DNA of 63,535 bases, filler included, from Octopus bimaculoides (GCF_001194135.2; 9 parts of 9 records of this genome joined end to end with filler, not necessarily neighbours in it), one strand, 5' to 3'; counted from the whole stretch's first letter, positions 38,163 through 53,339 are shown. Made by a program: numbers and translations. Notes: a model not told the origin generated them from the letters alone.

Positions 38163-38996
38163 CTCTGGGTGTGTTTGTGTGTATGTATGTGTGAGTGAGT
38201 GAGTGAGTGAGTGAGTGAGTGAGTAAGAGTGTGTGCGTGTGTGTGTGTGAGAGAGAGATAGAGATAGAGAGAGAGACATATAGTCAGACAGTCAGACAGT
38301 CAGATAAAGAGAAATAAGCGTGTGTTTATGCGTGAAACGGTATTTGTGAATATACGTATAAGTGTGTGAGTGTTTAAAGTTTTTTTTTTACCCCATAAAT
38401 ATAAATATATGCCTATGTGTGTATATACACGTACGTATAAGGGATTGACAGAATTAGTAAAGAGCCGGACAAAATATATTGCAATGTTTGGTTTTGTCTC
38501 TTTACAATCTAAGTTCAAATCCCATCGAAGTCTCTACTTTGCCTTTTACCCCCTTGAGGGCCCCTACAATAAAGTACAAGTCAAATAAACGAGCCATTTT
38601 ATCGTCTGTCATTTTCTACCAAAGTTTGTGGCCTTATGCCTAAGCTCTCTATCTGTCTCTGTCTGTCAGTCTGTCTCCTTTCATTCTTTCTTTATTTCTT
38701 TCTTTCTTTCTTTCTTTTTTCTTTCTTTCTTTCTCTCTCTCTCTTTCTCTCTCTCTCCACACACACTCACATACACAAACGCATATACATATATATATGT
38801 GTATGTATGTATGTATGTATGTATGTATGTATGTATGTATGAATGAATGTATGTATGTATCAGTGTGTGTGTGTGTGTGCGTGTGTGTACATATATATAT
38901 GCATGTATGTATGTATGTATGTATAACGAATTAAAAGCAGCGCTAGTGGTGTAAACATTATTGATCACACTTATTCAATATATGTATTTTTAAATC

Positions 38997-39027
<31 letters not shown>

Positions 39028-39699
39028 CATGCATACATACATGCATACATATATATACACAGACAGATAAATACACACGCACACACATGCACACACATAC
39101 ATATTTGCATGCGTGTGTCACATCTGAATGCCTTTTAATGAAAGATAAAATAAATTTTTTTTAAATTTTGCTTTAACAACTTTGCTACTGGTCTACCGAT
39201 ATTTCATGTGAATTACACTGGTTTACGTTTTACAATAAAACAGACTTTATGCAGCTTTAACAGGTTTTTGAAATAATCTACAATTGATTAAGTATTATTG
39301 ATTTTTCAGAGATCAAAAGTATAACATAGGTTATCCGTCCTATAATGTGTGTGNNNNNNNNNNNNNNNNNNNNNNNNNNNNNNNNNNNNNNNNNNNNNNN
39401 NNNNNNNNNNNNNNNNNNNNNNNNNNNNNNNNNNNNNNNNNNNNNNNNNNNNNNNNNNNNNNNNNNNNNNNNNNNNNNNNNNNNNNNNNNNNNNNNNNNN
39501 NNNNNNNNNNNNNNNNNNNNNNNNNNNNNNNNNNNNNNNNNNNNNNNNNNNNNNNNNNNNNNNNNNNNNNNNNNNNNNNNNNNNNNNNNNNNNNNNNNNN
39601 NNNNNNNNNNNNNNNNNNNNNNNNNNNNNNNNNNNNNNNNNNNNNNNNNNNNNNNNNNNNNNNNNNNNNNNNNNNNNNNNNNNNNNNNNNNNNNNNNNN

Positions 39700-39739
<40 letters not shown>

Positions 39740-40409
39740 TATATTCTCGTTTACACTCCGTGGCTATCAACTCGTAGACAACCATGTTCATCTCTGGCAA
39801 ATTATCGTATCCAAGATGTCAGAGACATATACATGCATAGGTACATACGTGTGTGTGTTACCTACCTACCTACCTACCTACCTACATACATACATACATA
39901 CATACATACATACATACATACATACATACGTACGTACATACATATGGTGGACTCTCCCGTCGCANNNNNNNNNNCAGCGTATGAGCGTTCAACTTTTATA
40001 CCGAACGACCTGCACAAATGAATTGTTTAAAGTGATCAGATGTATGTGACGTACATTATCTCGCTCCCTCCATCAGATCGATGTTGCCTGATTAATGCGA
40101 GATGAAGTGTTTTGCTAAAGAACACAACACCGCACCAACCGGTCTGGCAATTGAAACCGCGACCTCGCAATCATGAGTGCAAAACCTTAACCACTAATTT
40201 AGGCGCAGACATGGCTGTGTGGCAAGAAGCTTGCACCCCAACCACATGGTTCCGAGCTCCACTACGTGGTACCTTGGCACCACTATAGCCTCGGGACCAC
40301 CGATGCATTGTGAGTGAATTTGGCAGACGGAAACTGGCGTATGTATGTATGTATGTATGTATGTATGTATGCATGCATGTATACATACATACATACATAC
40401 ATGCATGCA

Positions 40410-40442
<33 letters not shown>

Positions 40443-41884
40443 GCATCTTTGCGGCTGTGTTTGTCCCACCATTGCCACCGCCATCACCACCGCTTGACAA
40501 ATAGTGCTGGTATGTTTACATCCCCTTAACCTAGCGGTTTGGTAAAAGAACCCGATAGAAAATAGACCAGGATTAAAATAAAATTGGTATTGGGGTCGAT
40601 TCATTCGACTAAAATTCCGGAAAGCGTGCCTCAGCAAGTCTGCAGTCTAATGTCTGAAACAAGGGAAAGATAAAAGATATATATATATATATATATCATA
40701 TATGACAATTATTCGGTAGCCATGTTTCGGATGTCGGGGCGGAAGCCCACACCACCATCTCTTCAGTTATCTGGCCATCGAAAAGATCCTATNNNNNNNN
40801 NNNNNNNNNNNNNNNNNNNNNNNNNNNNNNNNNNNNNNNNNNNNNNNNNNNNNNNNNNNNNNNNNNNNNNNNNNNNNNNNNNNNNNNNNNNNNNNNNNNN
40901 NNNNNNNNNNNNNNNNNNNNNNNNNNNNNNNNNNNNNNNNNNNNNNNNNNNNNNNNNNNNNNNNNNNNNNNNNNNNNNNNNNNNNNNNNNNNNNNNNNNN
41001 NNNNNNNNNNNNNNNNNNNNNNNNNNNNNNNNNNNNNNNNNNNNNNNNNNNNNNNNNNNNNNNNNNNNNNNNNNNNNNNNNNNNNNNNNNNNNNNNNNNN
41101 NNNNNNNNNNNNNNNNNNNNNNNNNNNNNNNNNNNNNNNNNNNNNNNNNNNNNNNNNNNNNNNNNNNNNNNNNNNNNNNNNNNNNNNNNNNNNNNNNNNN
41201 NNNNNNNNNNNNNNNNNNNNNNNNNNNNNNNNNNNNNNNNNNNNNNNNNNNNNNNNNNNNNNNNNNNNNNNNNNNNNNNNNNTATATATATTATGTATGT
41301 ATGTATGCATGCATGTCTGTATACACACACGTGTGTGTGTTGAAGCACAATATTTTTATATGGCACATAAATAAACAAACATGCATGTATTAATATTGCA
41401 AGCGCATATAAATACGTGTGTATATGTCCACGCATGTGTGTGTGTGTGTATGTGTGTGTTCCATTTCCGCGAGTGCAGCTTCAAATATGTCAAAATATTA
41501 ACGGAAAGAAAAGAAAACAAAAATAATAAAAATAAATAAACATCTTAAATAAGAATTTAAGACTGCCATTATTACGTGAGGTATTGTATAGTTTTGTTTT
41601 ATATTTAGCAGCTATAGAAGAAGTCACTCGCCTAAGGTGCCACGTATTATGTATGTATATTCATACACACACACACAAAAGATACACACATACATACATA
41701 CACACATACATACATACATACACACATACATACACACATACATACATACATACACACATACATACATACATACACACATACATACATACATACACACACA
41801 CATACATACATACATACATGCATACATATATACATACATACATACATACATACATACATACATACATACATACATACATACATA

Positions 41885-42031
41885 CACTCTGCGGAGTGGT
41901 TGGTATTAGGAAGGGCATCCAGCCGTAAAATACCTGCCAAAACCGACACAGCAGCCCAGGGTAGTGTTTTTACTTGGCAGGCTCCGGTCAACCGACTTAC
42001 CCATGCATGCATGGAAGATGGACGTTAAACA

Positions 42032-42065
<34 letters not shown>

Positions 42066-42080
42066 TGATGATGATGATAT
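41885..42080 (+). mobile_element. SINE 3' portion with (GAT/GAC)n tail
   Basis: Same GGAAGGGCATCCAG...CCCATGC..GCATGGAA..GGACGTTAAA body as 21.6 and 27.3 kb. Confidence 0.8.
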
Positions 42081-43261
42081 AACAGAGTTATTAGTGAGGG
42101 ATTATCAATGCAAAATACATTAACCTTTTAAATATAACACAAGAATTAAGTAAACTGGAAAGTTAAATATCGATTGATCGATAAGGAAGTATCAGTTTCA
42201 AGAAAGGAAGATGAGATGATAGAAACACGAATAAAGAAATGAAGACAAAGAATGCTACGCTTGGATTGAAATAGATCAGGTATTGTACAGGTGCGTGTAT
42301 ATGTATGTGTATATGTATGTATATATATNNNNNNNNNNNNNNNNNNNNNNNNNNNNNNNNNNNNNNNNNNNNTTAATTAATTAANNNNNNNNNNNNNNNN
42401 NNNNNNNNNNNNNNNNNNNNNNNNNNNNATATATATATATATATATATATAAACCTAAGTATTTAAGTGGAGATATTCGCAGACGCTCCAGACAATTCCA
42501 AATTGTGCAATGAATTCACAAATACATAAAAGTTAGACGGTGCCCACACTGCAATATTGACGTCACTAAGTGCTGATGGTCATCTCTTGGTATCACCAAC
42601 ACCGAAAATTACGTTGTATCATGATTAACCATTAGCCCAGTAAACTGCACCTAAAGTTTCGTGATATAACTTTTGCGTAGCCTCATCTTTTAGCCAGTTT
42701 TGTATCTCTATTCCACATTCCATACTTGTTGCATGCTTTATGTGATTCCAAGTTTTACGTATCAAAATGTACTTACAGTATGGAATATTTCAGCTTAAGA
42801 CCGTTCAGTACATTTATACATTTCATTTCCTATTATGTCCGACTTTTAACGTATTTTCAATATATTTTTTATCTCTTGATGAGTATTATACCTTACTGTG
42901 TTTCAATGAAAGTATTGTATTCAATTTATTTTTTACTTACACACAAAGCTTATCTTCTCAGGTTCATTTACTTTCATTATGGATTACTTTGATCAATACC
43001 TATCTTATCTATGCACTGATGTCTCCGTTCCAGGAAATATTTTATGGCATTGCTTTGTTTTACTACACACTCAATGCATCGACATGAATCTGTTTATTTT
43101 ATTCCTTTTCTTCTCGTATTGACATTTTACGAACCAATATGCTGACATTAGGCTTTCATTTCCAACAATTGAAATCGTTCAAATATACATGGGCATATTT
43201 TCTATTAGTGAAAGTTTTACAAAATATATATTACTCTTCCCCTCTCTCGCACTTTCTATGA

Positions 43262-43293
<32 letters not shown>

Positions 43294-45078
43294 NNNNNNN
43301 NNNNNNNNNNNNNNNNNNNNNNNNNNNNNNNNNNNNNNNNNNNNNNNNNNNNNNNNNNNNNNNNNNNNNNNNNNNNNNNNNNNNNNNNNNNNNNNNNNNN
43401 NNNNNNNNNNNNNNNNNNNNNNNNNNNNNNNNNNNNNNNNNNNNNNNNNNNNNNNNNNNNNNNNNNNNNNNNNNNNNNNNNNNNNNNNNNNNNNNNNNNN
43501 NNNNNNNNNNNNNNNNNNNNNNNNNNNNNNNNNNNNNNNNNNNNNNNNNNNNNNNNNNNNNNNNNNNNNNNNNNNNNNNNNNNNNNNNNNNNNNNNNNNN
43601 NNNNNNNNNNNNNNNNNNNNNNNNNNNNNNNNNNNNNNNNNNNNNNNNNNNNNNNNNNNNNNNNNNNNNNNNNNNNNNNNNNNNNNNNNNNNNNNNNNNN
43701 NNNNNNNNNNNNNNNNNNNNNNNNNNNNNNNNNNNNNNNNNNNNNNNNNNNNNNNNNNNNNNNNNNNNNNNNNNNNNNNNNNNNNNNNNNNNNNNNNNNN
43801 NNNNNNNNNNNNNNNNNNNNNNNNNNNNNNNNNNNNNNNNNNNNNNNNNNNNNNNNNNNNNNNNNNNNNNNNNNNNNNNNNNNNNNNNNNNNNNNNNNNN
43901 NNNNNNNNNNNNNNNNNNNNNNNNNNNNNNNNNNNNNNNNNNNNNNNNNNNNNNNNNNNNNNNNNNNNNNNNNNNNNNNNNNNNNNNNNNNNNNNNNATA
44001 TATATATAAATACATATGCATACATACATACACATACATGCATACGCATACTCACGTAGAAAAGTGAGGAAGAGGGAGAATTTAGGCAGTGAGAAATGCA
44101 ACAGTAGAAAATGATGATGCAATACTTACAATAAACTATTTTCAAACATGTAGGGAGAAAATAACCAAACATCAGAATACGTATATCGATACCCCTCTCA
44201 CTGATGTAAGGCCACACCTACTAGTTTGACTGACTAGACTTCAACCTCAAATACATTTAAAGATCACCTCTCCAGGCAGATTTCATCGTATCCTTTCAGC
44301 TATATCTAATGGCCGGCTCTTGCACTGTATCCTGGATCTCTTTCAAGATGGCGATTGCTTGACGCTGTTTCATGCCCAGCAATAGCAGCCACCGTTAATG
44401 TCTGGTTCCACTAGACCACCTGCATCCAAACGCTACCTGAAAGTGTACTGCACTCCAACTAGCAATCATACAGTCTTCTTTTAGTGTCTCATAAAGCTCG
44501 TCTCTCCAAACTTTAGTTGAATCTACACTAAACAATCAATTCAACACGGCACATGATCTTACGTTCCTCAGACCGTATTCTCTCGTCTGACTTCTTCCCC
44601 GGTACTGTTAAAATGAGGTGTTTACATTCTCTAAGATTTGCTCCAATCTCCCAATCTCCTTCTGAATTGGCATAATTTACAGCTTTGTCCTATTTTGGGC
44701 ATGGTCTTGATCTTGACAAACAAATTTGATAAGCTGTTTACTGCCATTTTTCTTCCATTTTGTTTTCTCCGTTGATAATTTCCAGCTAAAATAGCGGCAC
44801 CACAGAGCATTTTCGAGTATTCTTTTTGTCCCCATGTATACTTATTGGGCAATTAGATAGAAATTGCTTTAGCGTGCCGAATTCTGTGCATCTATGTTTC
44901 TCGCCATTTAGTATTTTCCGTCTCAGTAAAATGCGTAAAATTGGACATGTATGATAAGTGACTTCAAGTAGGGAACTTAATAGCAAGTTGTTCGACCTCC
45001 AGATCTTTTTCCAGCTTACCTTCCTCTCCATAATCACATCTTTATACTTCTATACATGCATTCATACCAGCATGCGTT

Positions 45079-45110
<32 letters not shown>

Positions 45111-45127
45111 CATACATACATGCATAC

Positions 45128-45168
<41 letters not shown>

Positions 45169-48100
45169 NNNNNNNNNNNNNNNNNNNNNNNNNNNNNNNN
45201 NNNNNNNNNNNNNNNNNNNNNNNNNNNNNNNNNNNNNNNNNNNNNNNNNNNNNNNNNNNNNNNNNNNNNNNNNNNNNNNNNNNNNNNNNNATGTGTGTGT
45301 GTATATATATATAATGGTATATCTATGTATACATATAAGATGGAAAATTATATAAGCGCTAGAGCAATTGTAAGTAAACCTCACACACAAATATATAACG
45401 TAATATGCAGCTCTGCTCGGCCGGATTCTTCCTTTCCGTTACACATACACACACATGCATATAAATATCTGTGTGTGTATGTATGCCTGAGTGTGTGTAA
45501 GAAAACATTAGAGAGAATGAAAGTACATATTATGTTTTATATTTCTGGGGCTTTACGTGCAGTAGCTCTCGTGCTTATATAATTTTGCATCAAGTACTTC
45601 ACTTCTTTTTGCTTTTAGTTCAATTAGCCTATGCCTCGAAATAGTCTCTCTTTTACAAGATAAGGTGAAATAAAATGCATTTATCTCAAGAAACTACATC
45701 ATTGAATGTGGAGAATTAAATTAAATTAGTTTCAAGATAACTCAAAATACAGTGTCTGATATGTTGTTAACTTCTAAAACTTTAGAGAAGAGTGAGCAAA
45801 TTGATAGATAAGCGTTTGGGGTTTTTCGTATAAGATAATCATTTCCCCTAAAAACAAATTGAATGTGTATTTCATATTGAGGTTTCTCATTGCTTGTTTA
45901 CACTAATACTATTTTGCTGCATAGTCGAAATTATATGTGTATGTACTTTGTAAAGAAGACAAGTTTACAAAGAAATAAAAATAATAAAATCTGAAATGAA
46001 TAAACATTAAACCACACAGTATGATAACTATATATTGACGTACACATACATTTGAGAATGTGTAGATACATAAATAGATATACTTATACGTGTATGCTTA
46101 GGTTTTATTTAGTTTTGTTAGATATTGAATGATATGATTACGCAAAGAGAGAGCAAGCGATGGTGGAAGGTGCTTTGGTCTCTCACTAGACTGATGCATC
46201 ATGTTTAAAATATGAAATCAAATTCAAAAGAAGACAAGTAGGAATTTTATTAAAAGTCAGCATTTCAATCTTAAGATATGCCGATAATAATGCATATGAT
46301 GAAAATGATGTTGCAAATTGTACAAAATAGCCATATCCAAACACTGGAAATGTAGAAAAGTATGTATTATGAAAGTATAGATTGATCACTAGAAAAGCAT
46401 AGTTAATATGTATATTATAGAACGATCACTCATGCAGAATGTAGCACTAATAATAACGATGTGCATCAATCACTGGAATACAATGAGAAACATATTTAGA
46501 TTGAAACAAAAGAGGGAATTAAGGAAATGCTCTTCCAAATAGAATACGCTTGTTCTAAAAGGAAATGTTTGTTTCAGCTTACATTCAGTCTGCTTTAAAC
46601 GTAATTAGCATATTTTACAAGATTAGAATGCAAGGAAATCTTTGTATTTTGCGTTGTTTAGAACACAGTTGCATGCATAGTTGTACACATGGAAAATTAA
46701 GTTTACAATACAAATCCTAAGCAATAAAACACTGTTAGAGAAATTTAAAACATTCTGTAGAGAAATTGACAGAACGTTCCGTTTCAAATTTGCCTTAATT
46801 AAATAAGGGAATAATAATGTCATGGGTAAAATAACTTCACAGGTTCTGGCAGTTTTGAACGTGAATATCTGATCATTTTTGTTTTATGAATCTGCCGGAA
46901 TGTATTAAGAGTAAATAGATATATTGTTGTTGTTTGGTTTCGTAAAGCATGAGGAGGTGAATATAATATATTACAGAAAATAGAATTAAAGAATTTTACT
47001 GGACATTTTATTGTATGTATTTACAAATTAGTAAACAAAAATGTAGCGCAACGTATAGAATTTAAGAGAAAAACTATAGGAAGACATGATATAGACACAA
47101 AATGAGGCAGAACGTAAAACGTACATGTAGAGGCTAAAGTCATAATAAATAACGTCAGTATTAGAGATAACCCATTAAACTATCAGACTGATTTTTTTTA
47201 CTTTCAAGTGGATGAAAATAAAGAATGAATTTTTCCCTAAATAGAAAGAAAATAGAAATTATCCATATCTCCCACGCGTACAGGTTTTTACTGAATTTCT
47301 GCAACTATAAATATATCGTAACGTTCTTACAAACATATCTAATAATGCTGAATACAGGTACATTCAGAGACCAAGAATTTTGGCTTTATATGACAACGCA
47401 CTTTTATTTCGAAGAATAATCTTAAAAATATGAAAACCGGAAAACATGAATCGAAACATTATATGTGTCTAAAGCCGAGTTGTGCTTCGTTGCGCAGTGA
47501 AAGCACACTATCAAATGAGTCAACCGAAACAAGAGAGTCGTGCATAGTTTAGATACATACCGTCTTAAATATGATACTTAAAATGTTCATTATAACAGAT
47601 GAGTTATACATCAGCCTGAATATAGAGCGATCCTATTGAATCGAATTATTTGGACGTACTGCTGTTCCTGCTCAAAACAACATATATTCACAGACAGAAA
47701 AATACATACATACACGCACACATGCATACACACTTACATACATTTATATCTACGGATCTACTTAGTATTTATTTATACATATGTGAGTGCGTGTATGTGT
47801 GTGTGTGTGTGAGAGAGAGAGAGATAGAGAGAGAGAGAGTGAGAGAGAGAGAGAGAGAGAGTGTGTGTGTGTGTGTGTGTGTGTGTTAGTGTAAAGAAAT
47901 TAGTAGCCTAATTTCTAATGTGCTAGTTTCATGATCGCAAGTCCGTGTGTTAAACACCAGGGACAGTCAGTATTTTCTATCATTGTGCAAGACATATTTC
48001 ATGTCATTCCTAACCAAGCGGGTCCAAATATGTACACGATACACAAAACACATTTTATAAACTAATACTCACCGTTTTTCATGTTATATATGTCCAAAAA

Positions 48101-48239
48101 TCAAAGCAGCAAGTCGGTGTTTTTGTTTTGGTTCTGAATTGGTAGAGTTAAGACATTTAGCAAGGAGTTGTTTTTTGAAAAGAAATCCCTAATCTTGTCT
48201 TTCTGTACGTATGACCGAATTCAATGAAGTACTCTTTCT

Positions 48240-48630
48240 CTTTCTGTTTTACTTGTTTCAGTATTTTGACTGCGGCCATGCTGAAGCACCGCCTATAGTC
48301 GAGCAAATCGACATCAGGACTTATTCTTTGTAAGCCTACTCCTTATTGTATCGGTCTATTTTGCTGAACCGCTGAGTTACGGGGACGCAAACACACAACC
48401 ATCGGTTGTCAAGAGATATTGGGGGGGGGAGGCAAACCCAGACACACAAACATATACACATTCATGTATATATGCATATATACGACGGGCTTCATTCAGT
48501 TTCCGTCTACCAAATCCAATCACAAGGCTTTGGTCGGCCCGAGGCTATAGTAGATGACACTTTCCCAAGGTCCTACGCAGTGGGAATGAACCCGGAACCA
48601 TGTGGTTGGTAAGCAAGCTACTTCCACACA
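48240..48630 (-). mobile_element. tRNA-derived SINE (composite)
   Basis: Co-linear with 20590-20970 over about 380 bp. Confidence 0.9.
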
Positions 48631-49494
48631 ACCTCCGTTACAGTCTTTTGTTTGTGGACAAATTCATCTATTTCTCCGGCTTGTCATGGTGGATTACAAA
48701 GGTGTTTTCATTTTCTGACTCTTCAACACTCACTGAAATGATAATTCATCTACCAAATAACGTGTGACATATTCACCAAACTGTAATTTTCAATATGCTG
48801 TCTCCTTAATAATATATATACAATTGTTCATTCATATTTCCATTCACATATTTTTAGCCTTTCATTAGGAATTTTTGGTTTTACTCAATTATTCAACTTT
48901 TAATTTCTATGAATTTTTCAATTCAATAATATGGAAAATGAATTCAGATATATAACCGCATGGACTGCTTAACACAAATGAATGATAAATGTAAAGGAAG
49001 CTCGTTTCCTATTCCATAGGTTTTCATACACATTGATTTACTTATTCATTTCCCTTATTAAATAGATTACAGTGCATAACAAATATCACAGATACAAACC
49101 GCAGTACTTACTAAATGCGAGTCGTCCATATGATATTATTAACATTTTTTTGATTGTTCTTCCTTTGTTTGATACCGATTTTATATATCGAATATAAAAT
49201 TTGGTTTCAACTTATTTGTTTTAAATGAAGATTTAGAAGCTATTATATCAATTTTACTTTTCCTTCATGCGTGCTGAAACTTACGAGAAAAAAAATCGAT
49301 ACTTGTAAAGAAAATTAAAAGAAGGCGGAAGTTTCCTATATTTAATGTCGCGTCGGAAGATAATTTTTTATATATTTGAAAAATAGAATAGTGTGATCTA
49401 TTTTTAACATTTCAACATTTCACTATAAAATGCATCAGCTAAACAGGATCAACTGCAAATAGCAGTGACATCATTGTGTATGTATTTATGTATG

Positions 49495-49556
<62 letters not shown>

Positions 49557-49634
49557 TACATGTATGATTATCTGTATATGCATATATATATACATGCATA
49601 TATGTGTATTTATACTTATATCTATATACAAGTT

Positions 49635-49667
<33 letters not shown>

Positions 49668-51240
49668 ATGTGTGTGTGTGGTTGTGTGTGTGTGTATGGG
49701 AATATATATATAAGTACACATATCATATCTACAAATTAACCTGTCATAAATGTCCATACACATATAAATATGTGATGAGTGTATGTGTGTGTGTATAGTG
49801 AGAAGGAAACGAAGACAGAAATAGTGATAGAGATAGATATATAGATAGACAGCTATGATATTTGTGTGTATACATAATAGAATGTTTTTGTGTAATGTCG
49901 TTTACAAAAACTAAGTCAACGATGCGTATATAAAAAAAAGGAAGCAAGTTCCTATTTGATAACTATTCAATCTTATTTAGTTAGTTATGTATTTCAGATT
50001 ATATTGTGAAATATCTGTTGTAATTATGCAAAAATCATTATGCAAAAAATAACAAAGAAAAAACAATTTCATTAATGTATTTAACATATGAACATGCAGA
50101 TCAACAAAACCAATTTATTCAACAAAGTGTTTCACTGATGAGGTGAATTGCACTCCTAGCAGCCAAATCGGAAATATTTCAATATTTAAATTCTTTGAAC
50201 TTTTATTCAAATATTAATTTATATTAAATTTTGACAGAAATACACATACAGACACTCATGCACATACGCGCACGCCACCCACCCCCCCACACACACACAT
50301 GCACGTGTGCGAACGTGTCTGAAATAAGTTAATGCATCCAGTACATGTTTCAATATTTTCCGGAGCGAGAATCGTTCTGCAGAGTAATTGCTGTCAGAAG
50401 ACAAATCCATTACAAGTGTAATTATTGCAGGCGTAAATTTTACACACAAATATACACAGAAACATTTACACACATCGAATCGTTGGTACGTTGGCTACGT
50501 TGAATCGTAATGTGAGCTACATTTGTTTTATTCTAGGAACCCATTATATTTGAACATCGGGAAAATTTCGAAATATAATCTTATCGTTTACATTCCATTA
50601 TTATAGAAAAATAAATGGCTAGATATTAAAATGGCTGAGCAAATGTATGAAACCTAAAAATCCCTGTCATTTCAATCTCTTTTAGTGTTATCGAAACTGA
50701 AGAGGAGGGATATGCATAGAACGATCACATTTCTACACTGAGAATGATCCTTTGGAACACCACCATTCCATTAAGCAAACTATCAATTTGAAAATGACTG
50801 TGTAAGTATATGTGTATCATATATATATATATAAACAAATAGTAAATGAGTATATGCATATATACGTACAGGTATGTGCATACCGACATCCACCTGTATG
50901 TATAGGTGCATATCTGGGTACAGGACATTGCAAACAAACGTAGACGAGAACACACGAGCCACATAGAGAACATCTCCTTCATCAGCCACCCACGTTTTAA
51001 CACCGGCGTTTCGACGAGCTTGGGCAGGACGCATCGCTAAAACGGCTCGTCCCATGGATCGCAGATTAANNNNNNNNNNNNNNNNNNNNNNNNNNNNNNN
51101 NNNNNNNNNNNNNTTAATTAATTAANNNNNNNNNNNNNNNNNNNNNNNNNNNNNNNNNNNNNNNNNNNNTATATTTATATATTATTTATATTATTATATA
51201 TATATATATATACAGGATGTTCTTTTCTTTTATTCCCTAG

Positions 51241-51293
51241 GTCCAGGACCACGAATCCCAGTTGTTTCTGTCATACTTTAAAAAAGGCATAAC
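51241..51293 (+). CDS. Gelsolin-family protein, internal exon (end of repeat G1)
   Basis: TTCCCTAG acceptor and AC|GTAAG donor. Translates as VQDHESQLFLSYFKKGI(T), matching the gelsolin VQ.HES..F.SYF motif. Confidence 0.92.
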
Positions 51294-51642
51294 GTAAGAC
51301 AAAACATTATATTTAGAATACACATGTAAACTTTAGTTACTCATTATTTACTCTCATCTCTACAATTTATGACCGAAGTTATCGTTGCAATGTCTAGATT
51401 AATAAATGTCTATGCATTTAACTCATTTCAGATGTTAATGTTGTTACTGTTTAACCACAGGTCTATTTTGATCGGGTACATCTTTGATCCAAAGCATTCT
51501 GGCTGTGTGTATTCCATCTTTTTATTACACATAGTATATTCAGGATTCTATTATCAATGTTTCTTTATCAACGTAAAATGTCATAGTGTGATTTGAGAAA
51601 CATTCAGCTACTGTTTATTGCATGTCGCGTAACTGCCTAGAG

Positions 51643-52209
51643 TAGGGGTCGAGAAATTTTTAAAATCAATTACCCCCAAATATATTTTTTACGCCGATTG
51701 TTACTCCCTTGATTTGAAAGGATGAAAATCATAGATTCTTTGAATTCAAAAGGTTTATTGAATCTATTTATATGTAGAATACAATTATAAATATAAAAAG
51801 CATTAAAAAAATGCGATAAAATGAATTAATAGCCGCATTATGAAGCAAAAGGAATTTTCTAGAAACTTTTTCACTGAAGATCTTCGAGAAATGATGTTTC
51901 GTTTTTGTTACAATTACAACATCATTGGGGCATTTGATACCAGAGCAATTTGGATACAGTCTTCAGGGGTCCAATGAATTACTCCGCTTTGTTTTTATGT
52001 TAATCAGAGTGGAAAATTCTTGTTCGCAAAGGTAGATTGTTGCAAAAGGCAGCAACGTTTTGACTGCCTCCTCATGCCAGAAGAAAAATTTCTGTCGTAA
52101 CAAGGAGCACGTTTTTTTTTTATGTAATTTTACTTATGAATTCTCATTAACCCCAAGAATTTCATTTTTACTTCACTTGGAGTAATTTACTCCTGTTCGC
52201 CGACCCCTA
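51643..52209 (-). mobile_element. hAT (Buster/Charlie-like) deletion derivative in a gelsolin intron
   Basis: TIRs TAGGGGTCG and CGACCCCTA. The minus-strand interior gives EEAVKTLLPFATIYLCEQEFSTLINIKTKRSNSLDP, the hAT dimerisation-domain C-terminus. Confidence 0.8.
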
Positions 52210-52886
52210 GCTAGAGGTTCCCTCGTTGGTTTATATTTCAGAGGGTTAGTGTAGTGTTAACCTACTGTATACGCTAAATAACTTGAGTGGGCTAGTTTAC
52301 CTATCAGCGATTACGATACGCAATAATGATCACATGTTTACGACAGTGTGTTATTGCACTCATCCGTGGTCTACAGTATCAGAAAGTCATCCTTAATTAC
52401 AAAATAAAGTTTTCCAGTTTGAATGTACTCTAGTAAACATCTGTATACAAAACCCCTGATGACTATTGAAATTGAGTGTAGGTGTAAACCCTTTTAAAGC
52501 TAAAGATGCTAAAGATAAATTCTTAAGAAAAAAAAAACCTCAGCAATTCTTGAGAAAAATCAGTCCTGTGAAAAAAAACATTGATTCAATAAATATATAC
52601 TTGCTCGATATGCCCCACACTTATTTCGAAACCTAGAACTCATTATGGCAACACAAAACTATAACTCAAGCTGCTAATTCTGTGCCGAATATTACAATGA
52701 AGTCTAAACTGATTTTCTTTAGAGAATTAGCTTGGCTGTAATAAAATACGCTTGGTATATAGTTCTCCCAATCCACTGTATATGATTATTTTACAAAAGT
52801 GTATGGCCTGTGACACTAGTTTCTTTGACAGCTTATCGCTTTCCCGTCTGATTAATCAATCCGTTTATACATTTATCTGTATGCAG

Positions 52887-52992
52887 GTACCTCAGTGGAG
52901 GAGTTGAAAGTGGTTTCCGTAAAGTAGAAAGAAATGTCTATGAAAAAAGACTACTTCATGTGAAAGGCAAAAGAAACGTCCGCGTAACACAG
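52887..52992 (+). CDS. Gelsolin-family protein, internal exon (G1-G2 linker and start of G2)
   Basis: TGCAG acceptor and CAG|GTAC donor. Translates as [35 protein letters not shown]. Phases match both neighbouring exons. Confidence 0.95.
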
Positions 52993-53287
52993 GTACTCAT
53001 ATCTCTTTTATTGTTACTTTTGAACTACGAGGTGACAACTGATCGAACAGACCTGCTATCAAGGCCGTCCCAACAGTGACAATCCCATCTTTTCGCAAAC
53101 TCATAATTACTTTACTACTTTCAACAAAAAATAGTGGGACGAAAGTTGAAGTCGATTTGCAAGTCAGCAATTTATTAAGTTAAGTGCCAATGCGCGGCTC
53201 CTTGGGCAAGTGTCTTCTACTAAGGTTACTAGCCGACAAATGCCTAGTGAGTTAGTTCTATGAACAGAAGCTGTATAAAATCCCGTC

Positions 53288-53339
<52 letters not shown>

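Noticed and set aside
44220-45030. Non-repetitive, coding-like sequence with short ORFs on both strands
   Set aside because: I recognised no domain motif or consistent splice pattern. It may be an old TE fragment, and tBLASTX would be needed.
50536-50570. TTCTAG followed by EPIIFEHRE, resembling the gelsolin PVQHRE motif
   Set aside because: No suitable donor follows and the upstream ELDD.LGG motif is missing, so it is likely chance.
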